DNA of 64,000 nucleotides, from assembly GCA_035084275.1 (NCBI GenBank), contig CM068756.1, positions 1,240,001 through 1,304,000 of the forward strand. The letters are read 5' to 3'. Position numbers and translations under genes: made by a program. The stretch is from Hydrolagus colliei. Lineage: Eukaryota. This document shows positions 13,201-25,880 of the stretch, in pieces; within the stretch, counting starts at the first letter, position 1; each line of letters starts with the position of its first letter. The notes under the pieces are model-generated. The model had not been told where the DNA came from, searched no databases, and saw only the letters and a program-made list of their open reading frames with translations.

Positions 13201-15625
13201 CGCTTGTTCTGCTGCTGCTGAAGGAGGTTGGGGTTGAGCTGCTGCTGATAAAGCTGGGCCAAGTCGCCAGGTATAGGGTCTACTGGTGTTAGCTGGGAGA
13301 CCATCTGCGGTGGCATAGACTGCAAAGGCATGGACTGCATCATAAGAGGTGAAAAAATCGGTAAATCCAATGGCATAGAGAGCTGAGGGAGCGACACTGT
13401 GGGCTGCGACGTGGACACAGCAGGCGGTGTCAGCGCGGGAGCAGTTGATATGAGGTTCTGAGTAGAGGACGGCTGAGATGAGACGGGCGGTGGAGGAGGC
13501 GGGGGCGGAGGTGGTGGTGGTTCGGGAGTTATTGGCCTCAGGGGGTAAAGTTTATCATAGTTCTCTCTGTACTGTTTGGCAAAATGCTCGAGCTCTTCAA
13601 ATGGAAAGAACTGCTGATGCACGTGCTCTTGATGGCTCTTCAGAATTAGAATATTGGAAAACAACTTGCCGCAAGTCTCGCACTCCAGCTTCTCCATGCA
13701 GTCACTCTGACCTGTCTTCGCTTTCTTCTGCACCTTTTGTTTGTTCTCGTTGTACTGAATGACCAGCTCAAACCCAAAGTTTTCTAGCAAAGCCTTGGTG
13801 GCGTTACCGCGAGCGTCTGAAGGAATTCGGGGAGGGAGCAAGGAGGATTCGCCGTGTCCAGGCTGGTCTTTCTTTTCTTTGGATTTCTGCCCTTCCATGG
13901 AAACATCCTTCGACGCAGAGGCGTCATCAAATTTCTCGAAACTCTCTTTATCCTTGTGTCCATCCTTGTCTTTTACGATTGCTTTTGGTTTCTTATCCAG
14001 CTGTTGACTATGCTGAAGCAACGCCGTTTGCTGTGCGAGGGATTGCGAAGGCGCCTGTACTTGCTGAATAAACTGCTGCTGGAGAGTGTTGGGTTTCACG
14101 TCTTCAAGCAGAGAGCTCGTCGGTATGGTCAGCGCTGCGCTACTCACTGGGATGCCAAGTTCTGGATTGAGCTGGAATTCCGTTCCAGGAATGTAGAAAG
14201 GAAACAACAGCTGTTGTTGCTGGAGCTGCAGCAGAGCTTCGGTCGTCATCGGGAAATGCGGCAGGAGGGCTGGGTTGAACAACTGAGATTGGAAGATGGC
14301 GGCTTGCTGCTGAAGCTCTTGTTGTAGCTGAGCTTGAGCCTGGGCTTGGGCTTGGACGTGGGCTAGCGTCTGAGCCTGCTGCTGCTGCTGTTGGGTCTGT
14401 TGCCGGGACGTGATCAGATCAACTATCTTTTTCTTGTTGGCATCCTTCTGCTCTAAAGCTGTGGCAATGCTGGTTCCAACAGAGTTGGTACTCAAAGTTG
14501 TCCCAGTGGAATCTGCTGTGACCTGACATCCACTTATTAAACCTATGCTCGGTGTGGTGCTAGTTGTAGTTCCACATCCACTGCTACTCATACCAACATC
14601 AGTATTACTGCTGTTATTGCCACTTGGGCTAGGTGTTGACACTCCCATGGTAGTATTAGTGTTACTAATGTTACCGCTAACGCTCCCACTGCTACTAGCA
14701 GCTTCTAGCTTTGCAGCTCGTGCTTTGGTCTGGTGCAACACTGATCTCATATGGATCTCTAGAGTAGAGCTTTGGCTGTAGGCAACATTGCATGTGTTAC
14801 ACTTGAAAGGTTTGTTATCCGGGCTGTTGGTTGGCTCAGGCTGGCCAGTAGCAGACTCTTGAAGTGCCCTTTTCAGCTTATGCAGGTGAGACACAGAGTT
14901 GTAATGGACAAGCAAGATATTCTTTTGAGTAAATGATTCCTTGCAGACTGTGCACTTATAGGGACGGGATGGATCCAGGAATTTCTCCATGGTGAAGTTT
15001 GGACCTTTCCTAAATGGAAGAGCCCGTTTTGGCTCCGAGCCCGAATCTTCCTGAACAGATCCAGAGTCGCTTCCTACAGGGCTTTGTTTTTCATCCGAAT
15101 CGCTCTCTTCATCTTTGTCTTCATCTGGCACCAAAGCCTGATCTTCGCTCAGAGATGCATCCCCCAGTACCATCACATCACCATTGACTGCAGCGAGTCC
15201 ACTGTAAAGCTGCTGGATGTCAGTCTCACTCAGTTCTAAGTGACTGGTCTCAAGGTGTTTCTTCAAGGCTTGAAAGGTTCGGAAGCTGCGTTGGCATAAG
15301 CTACACATAGTAGCGGCTCTTATGACATGATACTGAGAGTGCAGCTGGAGTTTCTCAATGGTCTTGAACGCTAGGCTACACTGATTGCAACGGTATTTGT
15401 AGACATGACGATCGGACACAGGTAGTTGGGGCCTTTTGGCATGAATTTCATTGAAGTGGGCCTGAAGTGCAGTGGAAGTCTTAAACAACTGGTTGCATCC
15501 TTTCTTCCAGCACAGGAAGCCAGCGTCATCCTTCCCTAAACTCTGGTCACCGGAAGGCTTTGGTTCCATGCTACGGTCTGTACTTTCCGAAGGTACACTG
15601 CTCTTTTCTGGTGGATCTGATGTTT
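10220..15625 (-). CDS. ZFHX3: ZFHX3 giant internal exon (5406 nt): multiple C2H2 fingers and four homeodomains
   Basis: Open frame of about 1800 aa. Acceptor ttttcattag|AAACA (AG 15627-15626) and donor ACAG|gtgggt (GT 10219-10218), both phase 1. Motifs [42 protein letters not shown] and four WFxN homeodomains. Confidence 0.97.
10650..10829 (-). other. ZFHX3: Homeodomain 4 coding segment
   Basis: [13 protein letters not shown]...[16 protein letters not shown]. Confidence 0.95.
11565..11744 (-). other. ZFHX3: Homeodomain 3 coding segment
   Basis: [13 protein letters not shown]...[17 protein letters not shown]. Confidence 0.95.
12738..12917 (-). other. ZFHX3: Homeodomain 2 coding segment
   Basis: [13 protein letters not shown]...[18 protein letters not shown]. 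Confidence 0.95.
13029..13208 (-). other. ZFHX3: Homeodomain 1 coding segment
   Basis: [13 protein letters not shown]...[18 protein letters not shown]. Confidence 0.95.
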
Positions 15626-16899
15626 CTAATGAAAACAAATTTAATGAGAACTATCAGTGGCTAGTGTAAATACTAATAAATCTCATTTCTAATTTGTTTT
15701 TACTCCACACTGTCATTATTGGCTAAAACGTTACAATGCCATTTGTACCTCTGAATAGCATAAATAGTTAGAAATCACTTTGTTTAGAGTGTATTTTGTG
15801 TTCTGTAGAAGTTTATAATCAGTGATTTTTAGAAAGCGAATCTTCAAATTCATAATTTTCACGCTATTCAAACTTTTGGAAGGTACCTAGGCTTTTACTG
15901 CTCTGTATTCAGATGTGTAGAGAGCCAGTCTCATCATTATACTGGTCTTCAATATCGCACATCCCAATACAAGTACCATTTTTAGTTTTTTTAAATTAAT
16001 CTTGTGATTTTTGTCACTATGCTGGCTGCATAACCAGTTTTTGAAGCATGAATTGGTAATTGTTCTGAAGTTGGGATTGATGTTATTGGTGAGGCAATGC
16101 TTGTGGGCATATAAAAATGTCATCGGCTGTTAAAGTGAAACTGCTACTTTCTCCAGCACTTAGAATCAAGACCCACCGGGGAGTAAATTTCCAAACAGTG
16201 GTGATTCCATAATATGACATTTGCCAAAGGTAGATTTTGATGGATTAATAAGGCTGCGTGAGCAGCAATCAGCCAGCCCCCGGAATGAGAAAAAGTTTCA
16301 AAAATAAAGTACTTCGTTAACCCAAATTGAAAAAAGGACATTCTCAATAGGCATAATTCTTTGGCATAAAATAGGTCAATATTCAAATTCATAATTGATG
16401 GTCGTTTATGGTTGATTCACTACATAATGCTGCTGACCTGCTTAGATCTGAATTCACTCTGCACAACTGCAATAAAAGCGTCTTTGCAGACCAGAGACTA
16501 CGCTACAGAAACAGCTTCTTTAGTGATGAAATTGTTAAAAGGACACAGTAGTGGCGCTGAATGAAAGTTTCAAGCGGGAAAGATACTAAATCAAATTGTG
16601 CAGATGATGTGGTGCTAAAATTCAAAGATGCCGGATTGGTAATTGGTGAATCGCAAATTTTTTAAATGTAAATTGTTTTTTAGGACACAAAATCTGACCT
16701 TACAGAAAGTACAGATTATAGGGTTCCCACCAATAGACAGCTACAAGGGTCTACATTAACAGCCGGGTAAGTTGTCTTCGTAAGTTGTCTCCCGATTTAT
16801 TTGCCCAAACATCATGAAATAGTTGGTAAGATCTGTTACATACCTCTCTTTGCATACACTCAAACAGAAGCAACATAATAGTGTTCACTCTGTGTTCAG

Positions 16900-16920
16900 T
16901 CACGTGAGTTGTTCACGTGA
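16900..16920. promoter_or_regulatory. Tandem TCACGTGA E-boxes with a 7-nt spacer between the CACGTG cores
   Basis: tcacgtgagttgttcacgtga; function inferred only. Confidence 0.4.
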
Positions 16921-17591
16921 GTGTAAAGACTATAACATAAAACCAGAGCCCCTGCCCTTTAAACATGTTTGGTGAAGTGGAATCTACACTCGGTTTGACC
17001 AGACACAGGGATTCTATTCCACATCACTTTTATTATTTTGCAATGTTGCCCTAAAAACGTCCGAAACCTGTTAATACTCTCCCTCGGTTATTTGCCAGGA
17101 ATAATCGTAGTCACCCACGTTTATAAACGTCTCATTGCTTTGGGGATTTGGGATGTGGACTGGGTCCCAAAGTAGAAAATAAGAGCACGCAGCTGCTTTT
17201 GTTTTGCAGAATTTGTGCGCGATTTAATGGTACATTTTGGGTCATCTGTTAATCTACTGCCTACCAAGCGAGTCGTGAGCACCAGCTTGACTGGTGTGAG
17301 ATGGTATCTACTTGCCCTAGGGAAGTGAACAATGGTTAATGCAATAGCCCTGAGACATCAATATTAAAAAAAAATCAATACATTGAATTTGATCTATTTT
17401 CGTCACTGCAGAGTACAAAGATTATATTCTTGTGCTTTCCCTATAAGGACATAACAACAGTTCAAGCTGCAGACTGATATGTGCACTTTGCGATAAACAT
17501 TGTTTTTTTTGGGGGGGAGGGGGGGGGATGGGGGAGGAAGTTAAAAAGTTAGTAGAGGATAATTTTCTGCATTTACTCTTCACCAACATAC

Positions 17592-17718
17592 CTGATAGTT
17601 TAGCTGTATCTTCCGCGTTGGAGCTTGTGGCAGTCTGCGAGACTGCGTGGGTTTCTCTCTCTGGAACAGTTGAAGGAAGAAACATACTGCTTGGCATTGT
17701 CATCTCTGGAGTGGTTAC
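17592..17718 (-). CDS. ZFHX3: ZFHX3 internal exon (127 nt, VTTPEMTMPSSMFLP...KLS)
   Basis: Acceptor gggcag|GTAACC, donor TCAG|gtatgt. Phase 0 in and phase 1 out fit the neighbouring exons, and the peptide resembles ZFHX3 VTTPEMVMPSSMFLP. Confidence 0.9.
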
Positions 17719-17844
17719 CTGCCCAGCAACATTACAGCAATTAGAACCTGTTAAATAAGTACATCCACCCTCTCTTCCTCCTGCCCATCAATTGCCACAA
17801 GATGAAATTGGTCAATTCACCTCATGGCTGTTTGAGGGACATTT

Positions 17845-17968
17845 CTGTGCACAAACTGGCTGCTGGGCTCACCTACAAATAAATACACAGTAACTACACT
17901 TTACAGTAAATCTTGTGAAGCATTTTGCCCTCCTATTATGAGCATCACTATATGCAAAGATTATTACT
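17845..17968 (+). mobile_element. 5'-truncated SINE tail fragment
   Basis: ctgtgcacaaactggctgc...tacactttacagtaaatcttgtgaagcatttt...tatgcaaagattatt. Confidence 0.7.
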
Positions 17969-20900
17969 GTAACCACACGACATAGGATGCATTAAGTTTT
18001 AAGGCAATTTGGGGGTGGGGTGGGAGTGGGACTCGGGGTGTGGGGGGGTGGGCGGCATGGTCATTAGAATGAGTTTCCTTGTCTACAATAAACCAACAAT
18101 GAACCTCAGCACCTACAGAAGTTATTGTTTTTCGTCAATTCGCAGCTTCTCGGCTAATGTTTGGTTTTGGATTCAAAGCGTCGGGCTTGAAATGCCGCTC
18201 AAACTTTGCTGCAGAGAGGAATAAGGTAGTCCCTCTACCATCACAGCGCATACAGGCGATAGTTTTTGACTAAAAGGCAATGGGAACATATGTCGGCATT
18301 CGGTTCATCTGTGGCTATGTCTAGCACTAATGTTCCACTGGAAGTAAGTAAAATCTTAACCAGAGTTCACTTGCTTTCAATGAAATATGACTTAAATTTG
18401 ACAATGGCTTTTACTGTGTCAGTGTGACTTCAAAAGCAGGGTGAATCAACGGCATCAGATTTAACTGTACTCACAAATTCTGAGAGTGTCAAGATATGAG
18501 ACCATTGTCCTAGCAACAGGAAACAAACTAATGTATAATTATATAAGCCTTTTCAACGACTTATTTACATGGTAATAAAAGCACTGGCAAGGACCACAAG
18601 ATAGCAAGTCATTATACAACCAAATTGGTTAAATACAGAGAAGGTACATTTTGTTGGACTAAATTGACAAGTAAAACTCATCTGCTGACAGCCCTCACCT
18701 GCAAATTACTATATCTGAATTGTAATGATTTTTGCAAACTGTATGTGTGCAAGTGAAAAATGTGTTACAAAAATAATATTTGTATATTCTGATATAATAT
18801 TGAATTTAAAATGTAAGCTTTAGTTGCTCTGATGCAGAAGAAGGGCTTTTGTACTTGAAAGGTGAAAGCCAATCATGTGTGAATGACAGCAAGAGTAGAC
18901 AAAAAATTCATCAACTCTGTTATTACACAGAACCTATTTAATCATAATCAGTGATTAACTTTAGAGAAAGCGGTGTGGCTGCATAGTGCTTGTCCTCACT
19001 TTCATTCAATTAACTATTGAAAAATAATAATCAAGTTCCATTGCTACTCTGCATTTTAATCAGAGGGCACATTTTACATTCGTTAACCCTTTTACAAAGC
19101 AACATCTTAGAAACGGTCGGCTTGTTGTGACCCAAAAAAATCAAGGGGGCTGGATTCAGTCAGGGGCTGAGAGTTCAAAAAACAAAGATGACTTATACAA
19201 ATTTATACAAATGCAGCATATACAAGAAGTTAAATGGGTCAAGTATTTTTTAATACTTTATGAGATTATGTTTGTTTACCAATTCTACACTCAATTCATG
19301 GAGTTGGAATCTATATAAGAGCTCAGGAGGTATGCCTCTATTGAAGCGAACTATACCTTTGCAACAAAGGCACATGAAAACGGAATTACAAATATTTCTA
19401 TGAGAAAGATTGTCTGAGTTTTCTCATCTCTATTGTGGCGCTGGATAAAGTTTGCTATCAATTAAAAATGCACTTCAAATTAACTATGAATAACTACACT
19501 AAGTGGTCCCATTTATGCTTTTGATAGGACAATGGAACAACGTATACTATCTGAAAAAAAATTAACCTGTCAACACACATTACGGCTATATTTTCCTTTG
19601 TGGTGTGGTTCACTAATTTTCCTCATTTGCATTAAGAACTCCAATTCAATCCGATGACTTCAGCTGGGCTGAAGTGCATTGTTCTAGAGTTTAAAAGATA
19701 CGTTCAGTCACTGAATTGAAGACTGGATATGGTTTGCTTGTTCATACCCTTCAAGTGGCATCACCCCCTTCATCCACTCCTTCAAGCCATGACAGACACT
19801 TCACTGAAAGTGTAGTCCGAGTGCACGAGAACAGAGTTAGTGATCCAATGGTCTCATTCGGTTTGTTTGTAGAATTTGACAGAAGTGAAAAGACAATGGT
19901 AAATGTTCTCTCTGAGTTATATTGTCTGTTTCAGTACTAGATTGGGAATCCTGAACCTTAACTTGCCTGAAAAGAGTAGCAATGTTCCTTATATTTGATG
20001 CAGCAACTTTCACATTGGGAGGAACCTTTCAATAGCATGATTCACTGCAGAGTGAACTGTGTATACCTGGGCTGACCAATCGCAGCAGTCAAATTGCGCA
20101 CAGCAATGTACCACAAAACTACCCAACCTGCCCACAGTGCCCTTTTAATTATTTAGGTGGATGCTGGTGCGAGGATTTGAAGATACATTAATTTTTCGTA
20201 GGTGATATGAATTCAGTTTTGCTTTTTAAATCTTATGCAGAATCGTAAATCATTTTTACGTACAATGAGTCGCAAAAGCAGCCATGTACCTCGCATCACC
20301 ACGGACTCTTATTCTAACGTCTAGATTTACTTTACATCCAAGCGCAATTCAGTCTGGGACAAGTCTCAACTTTTCAAGCAAGCTGGAGTATTTTTAAAAA
20401 AACATAAGATCCAGGTAGTTCAACAAACACAGGAAACAGTTTCTGTAAATCATGTCAGGCAGGTTTATGTGCACTACTGAACTTAATGATCAATTAAATG
20501 ATAAATAAAATAAGCCAGTGCCACAAATCCTGCAACTGGCTGCCAGCATACAGGAGACTTTTTTTAAAAAAAGAGTACAAGATGGGTTTGAAGGGGTTAC
20601 GCTTTTTTATTTCCCAAAGAATATCTTTCACATTTTAAAGTCGATTTACTTAAATACGGCTTATTTAGCTATCAGTAATTGTACGATACTATTAGTATAT
20701 ATTATACTATATATATATATATTATACTCGCCAAATCCCAAGGTCACTTTTAATTTAGACGATTTAATTGGCAAACATAGTTCAAAATGGCTGTCATCAA
20801 ACAGGACTCATGCTTAATGAACCACGATTATCTTCATTACCTGCGTTTCAGCCAGACAGACAAAAGACACCTTTATGCATAGTACATGAGGAAAGCATGC

Positions 20901-21284
20901 TCCCCTTCATTCAGAATTCAAAACTCTAAAAGATTTCCTTCGTATGGCAGCTTTGTAAGTGATGAATTAAGCAATCATGAATAGGCATATACACTGTCTT
21001 TCAAAACTAAGGAGAGCCTGAAGGACTCCGAGACTGAAGGTCAAGCTCATCATTCTTTTTCACCCTCTTCTACCCCCGCCTGACTCTCAGGTTGACAAGA
21101 CAATGGACATACAGGCGAATGTTGGTTATTCAAAACTGGAAGAATATAAATATATAACACATATATATAACACAGCTTTTGAAAATGCATTGTTTTCTCC
21201 ATTTCTCCTCCACCCCACAAAATATTCACTCTCGGGTTGTTCAGAATAAATGAAGAATGTTGGCAAAGTGAGTAGCAACAAATC

Positions 21285-21552
21285 TTTGTTCAGTTGGGAA
21301 TTCCAGGACAAGAGACGAATTTGAGCTAACATAGCGAGAAGTTCTTCACACTAAGGGCTCCAAGAGGAATATGGAACAGAATTTCTCAGAAGTCCATTGA
21401 TACCATCCATTGAGATGTTCAAAAGAGAGATACTTGGTAAGGAAGGTATTAAGGGACATGGCGGGGAAAAGGCAGTGAAATGATCGTAAATTATTGCCAA
21501 AAGACTTGATGGTGGATGTGACTTAATGGCCAACCCCTATGTTCTTATTCTA
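21285..21552 (+). mobile_element. Degenerate CR1-like 3' end
   Basis: EKFFTLR...IWN...EMFKRE...GIKGHG followed by gacttgatgg...aatggcc...tatgttcttat. Confidence 0.55.
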
Positions 21553-23092
21553 CTTGGTTGGGTGATTCAATGCCATTGTTGCCAACCCATGGCTTGGCTG
21601 ATTGGCTGAAAGGTGTGCTGAAGAAGAGTGGAAACAGGTTCTTCCATGTTGAGCTTCTCCCCTATCCCCAAGTGAGGCTGGCGGAGTTTTGCAAAGCTGT
21701 TCACGAGAACGAACCTGGATTTGTGAGGCTTGGGTCTCTGAGGGAACGCACTTAACACACCAATAATCAGCCCACCAATTATTTGGTGTGCAATTTAATT
21801 TTTGAAAAGGCAGGGGAACACTTTGGTAATGTAGCCGAGTTATAAGGGAAATGAAAGAAATGGCCGACACCAACAGAGAAATGATGTCAGCGGTGCTTCC
21901 TGTGCATGGCATAACTGAGTACGCAGGAAGTGAATCATTAGTAATCTGATGACCCATATGTTTTAGTTTTGGAAGCCGGGTGCTGCACACCTCCAGTGAG
22001 AAAACGCTGCTTTATTTCTCACCTGTTGGCTTACTGAACCCATTGAAACACCCCAACATTCTATGCAGGTACTCGTTGAAGCTCAGATAAACTCCAATAT
22101 GGATATTACAGATAGCAATTTAGTAATAGCACCTTGAAGATAATTCCTTAGCCTTGAGCATAAGCATTATTTAATCAGTGTCCGCGAGGTCTGGGAAAGA
22201 CGGAAGCGTTTTCTTTCTGGTGCTGTCGTGTCACAGTGACTTTGTGATAAAACCTGACACTCAACTGCTCTCTATCATTCTGGCTTTTAAGAAATAGCAA
22301 ACCGAGATTTGCCAAACACTGAAAGGGCAAGGCCATCATTTTTCAGAAAATAGGATTGGTTTGTGTGTGTGTATGGATTATGTATTTGTTTTGTATGTGT
22401 GGCATGTGAGTGCGGTGTGTGTGTATGCCCAGGGCTTGTCCTCTGTATATGTGTCCTGTGTGATGGTGTGTGTGACCTTACTCAGAAAAATCTGTTATTC
22501 CCACCGATGGAATTAAAAAGGTTACTTTTTTTTGTGATGCGTGTTCAGCTTAATTCCAAAGATACACAGGTGTAGCTTGATATCGTGTGGGATGATTGGA
22601 CGTATGGTCACCTCCCCAGTTCTCCCTTCACCGTTGCCCTGGCTGTGACTTAACAGGTTCAGCGCCAGGGAATCTCCGTTCCATAAACTGCAGCTCTACA
22701 CACTACATCTCACGACAGGCGCTGCCTCCTGCAGCCCCTTATTTGATTTTTAAAACAGTCCACGGACATTAGCATTGTATTTTTTTTTTTTGTGGGGGGG
22801 GCGATTATGAAAGAAAGAAGCCATGACGCAAGAAAAAATAATCTCCCAAACTATTACAAAATCCTCAAGATAAACTGACCCCCCCCCCCCCCCCCCACAC
22901 ACACACACCTTGTCTGTCTGTCAATACAGATTTTAGCGATGTGGTTCAGAGCCGTCATTTTGAAGTCTTCCAGAGCTCAGGCACAAGGCGAGAGGGTTCA
23001 GCATCTGTTCTATTTTGATTAAAAGGACCTTATTGAGGGACTTACAGAAGACCCCGGTAACATTGGGAGCTCTGCGAGATAGGCGGGAAGCA

Positions 23093-23106
23093 GTTACCAT
23101 GACAAC
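23093..23106. promoter_or_regulatory. RFX X-box-like imperfect palindrome
   Basis: GTTACCATGACAAC versus consensus GTTGCCATGGCAAC. Confidence 0.35.
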
Positions 23107-23534
23107 GGGCACTTTAAAGGCTTGGAAAACCGACGGCCAAATTATGAGCAGAAATATATTTTCTCCCATCCATCTGGCAAACACAATGCTTTACGATCTA
23201 TGGTGGTGCATCATGCTTTCTGAGTTGGGGCTAGATTTCGGACTGGTAGCTAGTTTGTCCACGTTTATGATCACAGAAAACCTGCAGCACATTAATTTTC
23301 ACTTTGCCTATTGTTCACTCGCCGATTGCCTATTTATGCCTCCATTATCAATTTCTAAAGCCCACCAACCTAATGCCCCCTCCCTGTATCTTCAACCTCC
23401 TGTAACCCAACCTGTAATGGCCACTCCCTCAACAGCTGGCCACCATCACCACTCCCTCAACTCTGCCCAAACCAACTTGCTTCATTGCTGCCCCCTCTCC
23501 GTCACTCCCCATCCCACCCCATCCCACCCCACTC

Positions 23535-23712
23535 CCGGCTTGCGAACCTGCAGCCACGTTGCTCCCTCCCTCTGAAACTCTCCCCCACAATCCCTCTCCC
23601 TCTTCAATCCCTCTCCCTCTTCAATACCACTTTCTCCCCGTCTCGATGACAGGTTGTTAAGAGCTCTGAGGCATGAAGGGTACCATATAAGGGCAAGTTG
23701 TTGTTGTTCCTG
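23535..23712 (+). mobile_element. Degenerate L2-like 3' end with (TTG)n tail and an internal 17-bp duplication
   Basis: gctccctccctctgaaactctc (AP.LWNSL-like), aatccctctccctcttc x2, then catgaaggg...atataagggcaagttgttgttg. Confidence 0.45.
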
Positions 23713-24876
23713 CTCTGCTTTTGAATCCCTTTCTTCTTTGACTACACTTTGGATGAGCTTCTCTGCCGCCCTGCTAACTCCCCCGCTAACTCCTTGGCAC
23801 CCTTCAGGCTCCCGCTCAGTGTTTGCAAATACTTTGAGTCTCTCCCAAAATGGAAAAGTGCCTCAAAACTCACAAGTGTCGATTGTTGTTGCTGCTCACA
23901 GCAAGTTCTGGAAACAGTTAACAGCAAAAACGACAACAACAAAATAACATTTGTATAGCGCCTTTCACGTCGGGTGGGTCATCCCACACCATTCAAACCC
24001 CACAAAGCCACTTCACCTGCCAATCAATTTTCTTTGACAAGCACCAAGACAATCACACCTTCCTTCTCACGCTACACCTTCACCACAGAAAGAATTTACT
24101 ACTGTTGGAGCTACTATTATTGTTGAGAACTTAAGTGAAGCACCAAGGTCCCTATTGCAATGCAACAAAGGTGAAACAAGCAGCAGAGAAAGCAAGATAA
24201 GTGACTTGGTGATGGCAAGTTTTAAAAGCCATGCAATCCTCAAATTCCACCTTGTTTTAGGCATGTGACTACCATTTATTTAAAAAAAATAAGATTGTGC
24301 AGAATAGTGGAATATTTTTTAAAGGAATCTTAATCTGGAATCTGGCAGTCCACAGGTGTTAACAAAAAAAGCCTTTCAAAGTAAAACTCGAGTGCGACAA
24401 TTTTCAGCAATTCTGTGCGATGTCAATTTTTCAGGATATTCGGATTTCTTAATATTTCCACTGTTACAAAAGCACCTTGTTGACTGTTCCATTCCTTTGC
24501 AATCAATGCAATTGTATATTTTTCTCATCTGTGTTTGATTCTTTAAACAACTCAAGCTATGGTAAGAGCATTGATTTTTTTAAAAAATTCATTGTGACAG
24601 AACTAAGAGTTCTGAGATGCAAACACATCTAAGTTTCTAATGCCAAGTTATCTTCGCTTTGGGGGAGTAAGCAGCATTAATGAAGTCCATAAAATGAAGG
24701 ACTTACGGACCTAATCAAAACTGGAATCAAACATCAAAAGGATGATCACTCACTTATGGTAAGCCAACAGAACTAGTGACAGTGAATAGTGCTAAAAATA
24801 ATAATAATGATGCTTCCAATTGACACAGCTGGCGCTTTTCAAGTCGGGAGGATGTCTCAAAACACTGAGCACTTAC

Positions 24877-25077
24877 AGCCATGATGAGTTTCTCAACACA
24901 GTCGGGTGCCACACTGTGCAGATGGGTGAGGTGTAGCTGGAGGTGGATCTTGTTGTTCAGCATGTCCTGGCAGAGCGGGCAGCGCAGCATTGGCTGCACC
25001 GAATGCTGCGACAGCACATGCATCCGTATACGGTTGACATCAGTGTTGCTGTACTTGCAGTAAGGGCACTGATACAT
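24877..25077 (-). CDS. ZFHX3: ZFHX3 internal exon (201 nt, two C2H2 fingers MYQCPYC...LRCPLC...VEKLIMA)
   Basis: Acceptor cctgcccacag|ATG, donor GCT|gtaagt; 67 complete codons. Confidence 0.95.
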
Positions 25078-25119
25078 CTGTGGGCAGGTGAGAAAAGGAG
25101 AGGGTTTTATATAAAGGTT

Positions 25120-25260
25120 TGCGCCATGTTGCGGCACTGCATTTTTGGCTGACAAAGCACACAGTCAATTCACTTTACACTATTTTCTGTGAAGCGCTTT
25201 GGGACGCCTCAATGATGCGATGAGGCGCTATATCAAATGCAAGAATTATTATGTTATTAT
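25120..25260 (+). mobile_element. 5'-truncated SINE tail fragment
   Basis: cagtcaattcactttac...gtgaagcgctttgggacg...gcgctatatcaaatgcaagaattatt. Confidence 0.85.
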
Positions 25261-25669
25261 CTTCCCTGGACGCCTTTATTTTCCTTTATTTTCCAATGTG
25301 TATTCACATTGAATGAATACATCTCAAAAGGTCATTTTACCACCAAGAGCTTATCCACGGCCGGCGGCTCACTTGACAGATTATATGTGAGTGTAATGTC
25401 CCCGACCAGAGAGGATTCTGAGTTTGCAGGAAGTGGATCTTTTCTAAAGGAAATCCGGTGAAGAAATTCCCCAGATTAAACCATATAGGTGTCAGGGCCA
25501 CTCATGTTCGCACAGAATAGTATCCTCGTAGACTGACCTCACCAAATGCGCATGTGTCATAGGATTGTTAACTAACCATTAAGCGCGATACAAAACAGAT
25601 ATCGAACCCTACCAACCCAGCTGGTCAGCAGGCACTGTCCTGCTTAATGTCCCTCACCTCCTCACCATC

Positions 25670-25880
25670 GTCAGTCAGGGCTTTGTGCGTATCTAACCTC
25701 AACTCTCTGAAACTCCATCCTGGAGTCTGGTTGACTTGCCCCTTCCTTCACCTCCTTCAAAGTCAGTCTCTGACCATACTTTCAAGCATTTTTCCGCCTC
25801 TCTCACACCCCAACCCCAGCTCGATTGTCCAGGCAGAGCCTCGGGGCCAGCCTCTCCATGTAAATATATCAATGGAAATT
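25670..25880 (+). mobile_element. Degenerate L2-like ORF2 3' fragment
   Basis: agggcttt...ctctgaaactccatcc...ccttccttcacctccttcaaa resembles RAF...LWNSLP...SFK. Confidence 0.45.

Noticed and set aside
15626-15638. ORF-track start codons for the 1808-aa and 545-aa ORFs
   Set aside because: Both ORFs run past splice acceptors into intron; they are exons of one gene, not separate genes.
10521-15669. Many + strand ORFs of 60-165 aa
   Set aside because: Antisense shadows of the giant coding exon with no recognisable domains.
18835-18865. Second hammerhead-like remnant (cagaagaagggc...gtacttgaaag)
   Set aside because: The core has CAGA instead of CUGA, stem II is mismatched and there is no clear Penelope flank; too degenerate to call.
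23015-23575. 186-aa + strand ORF
   Set aside because: No domain similarity; it runs into C-rich low-complexity and L2-like sequence.
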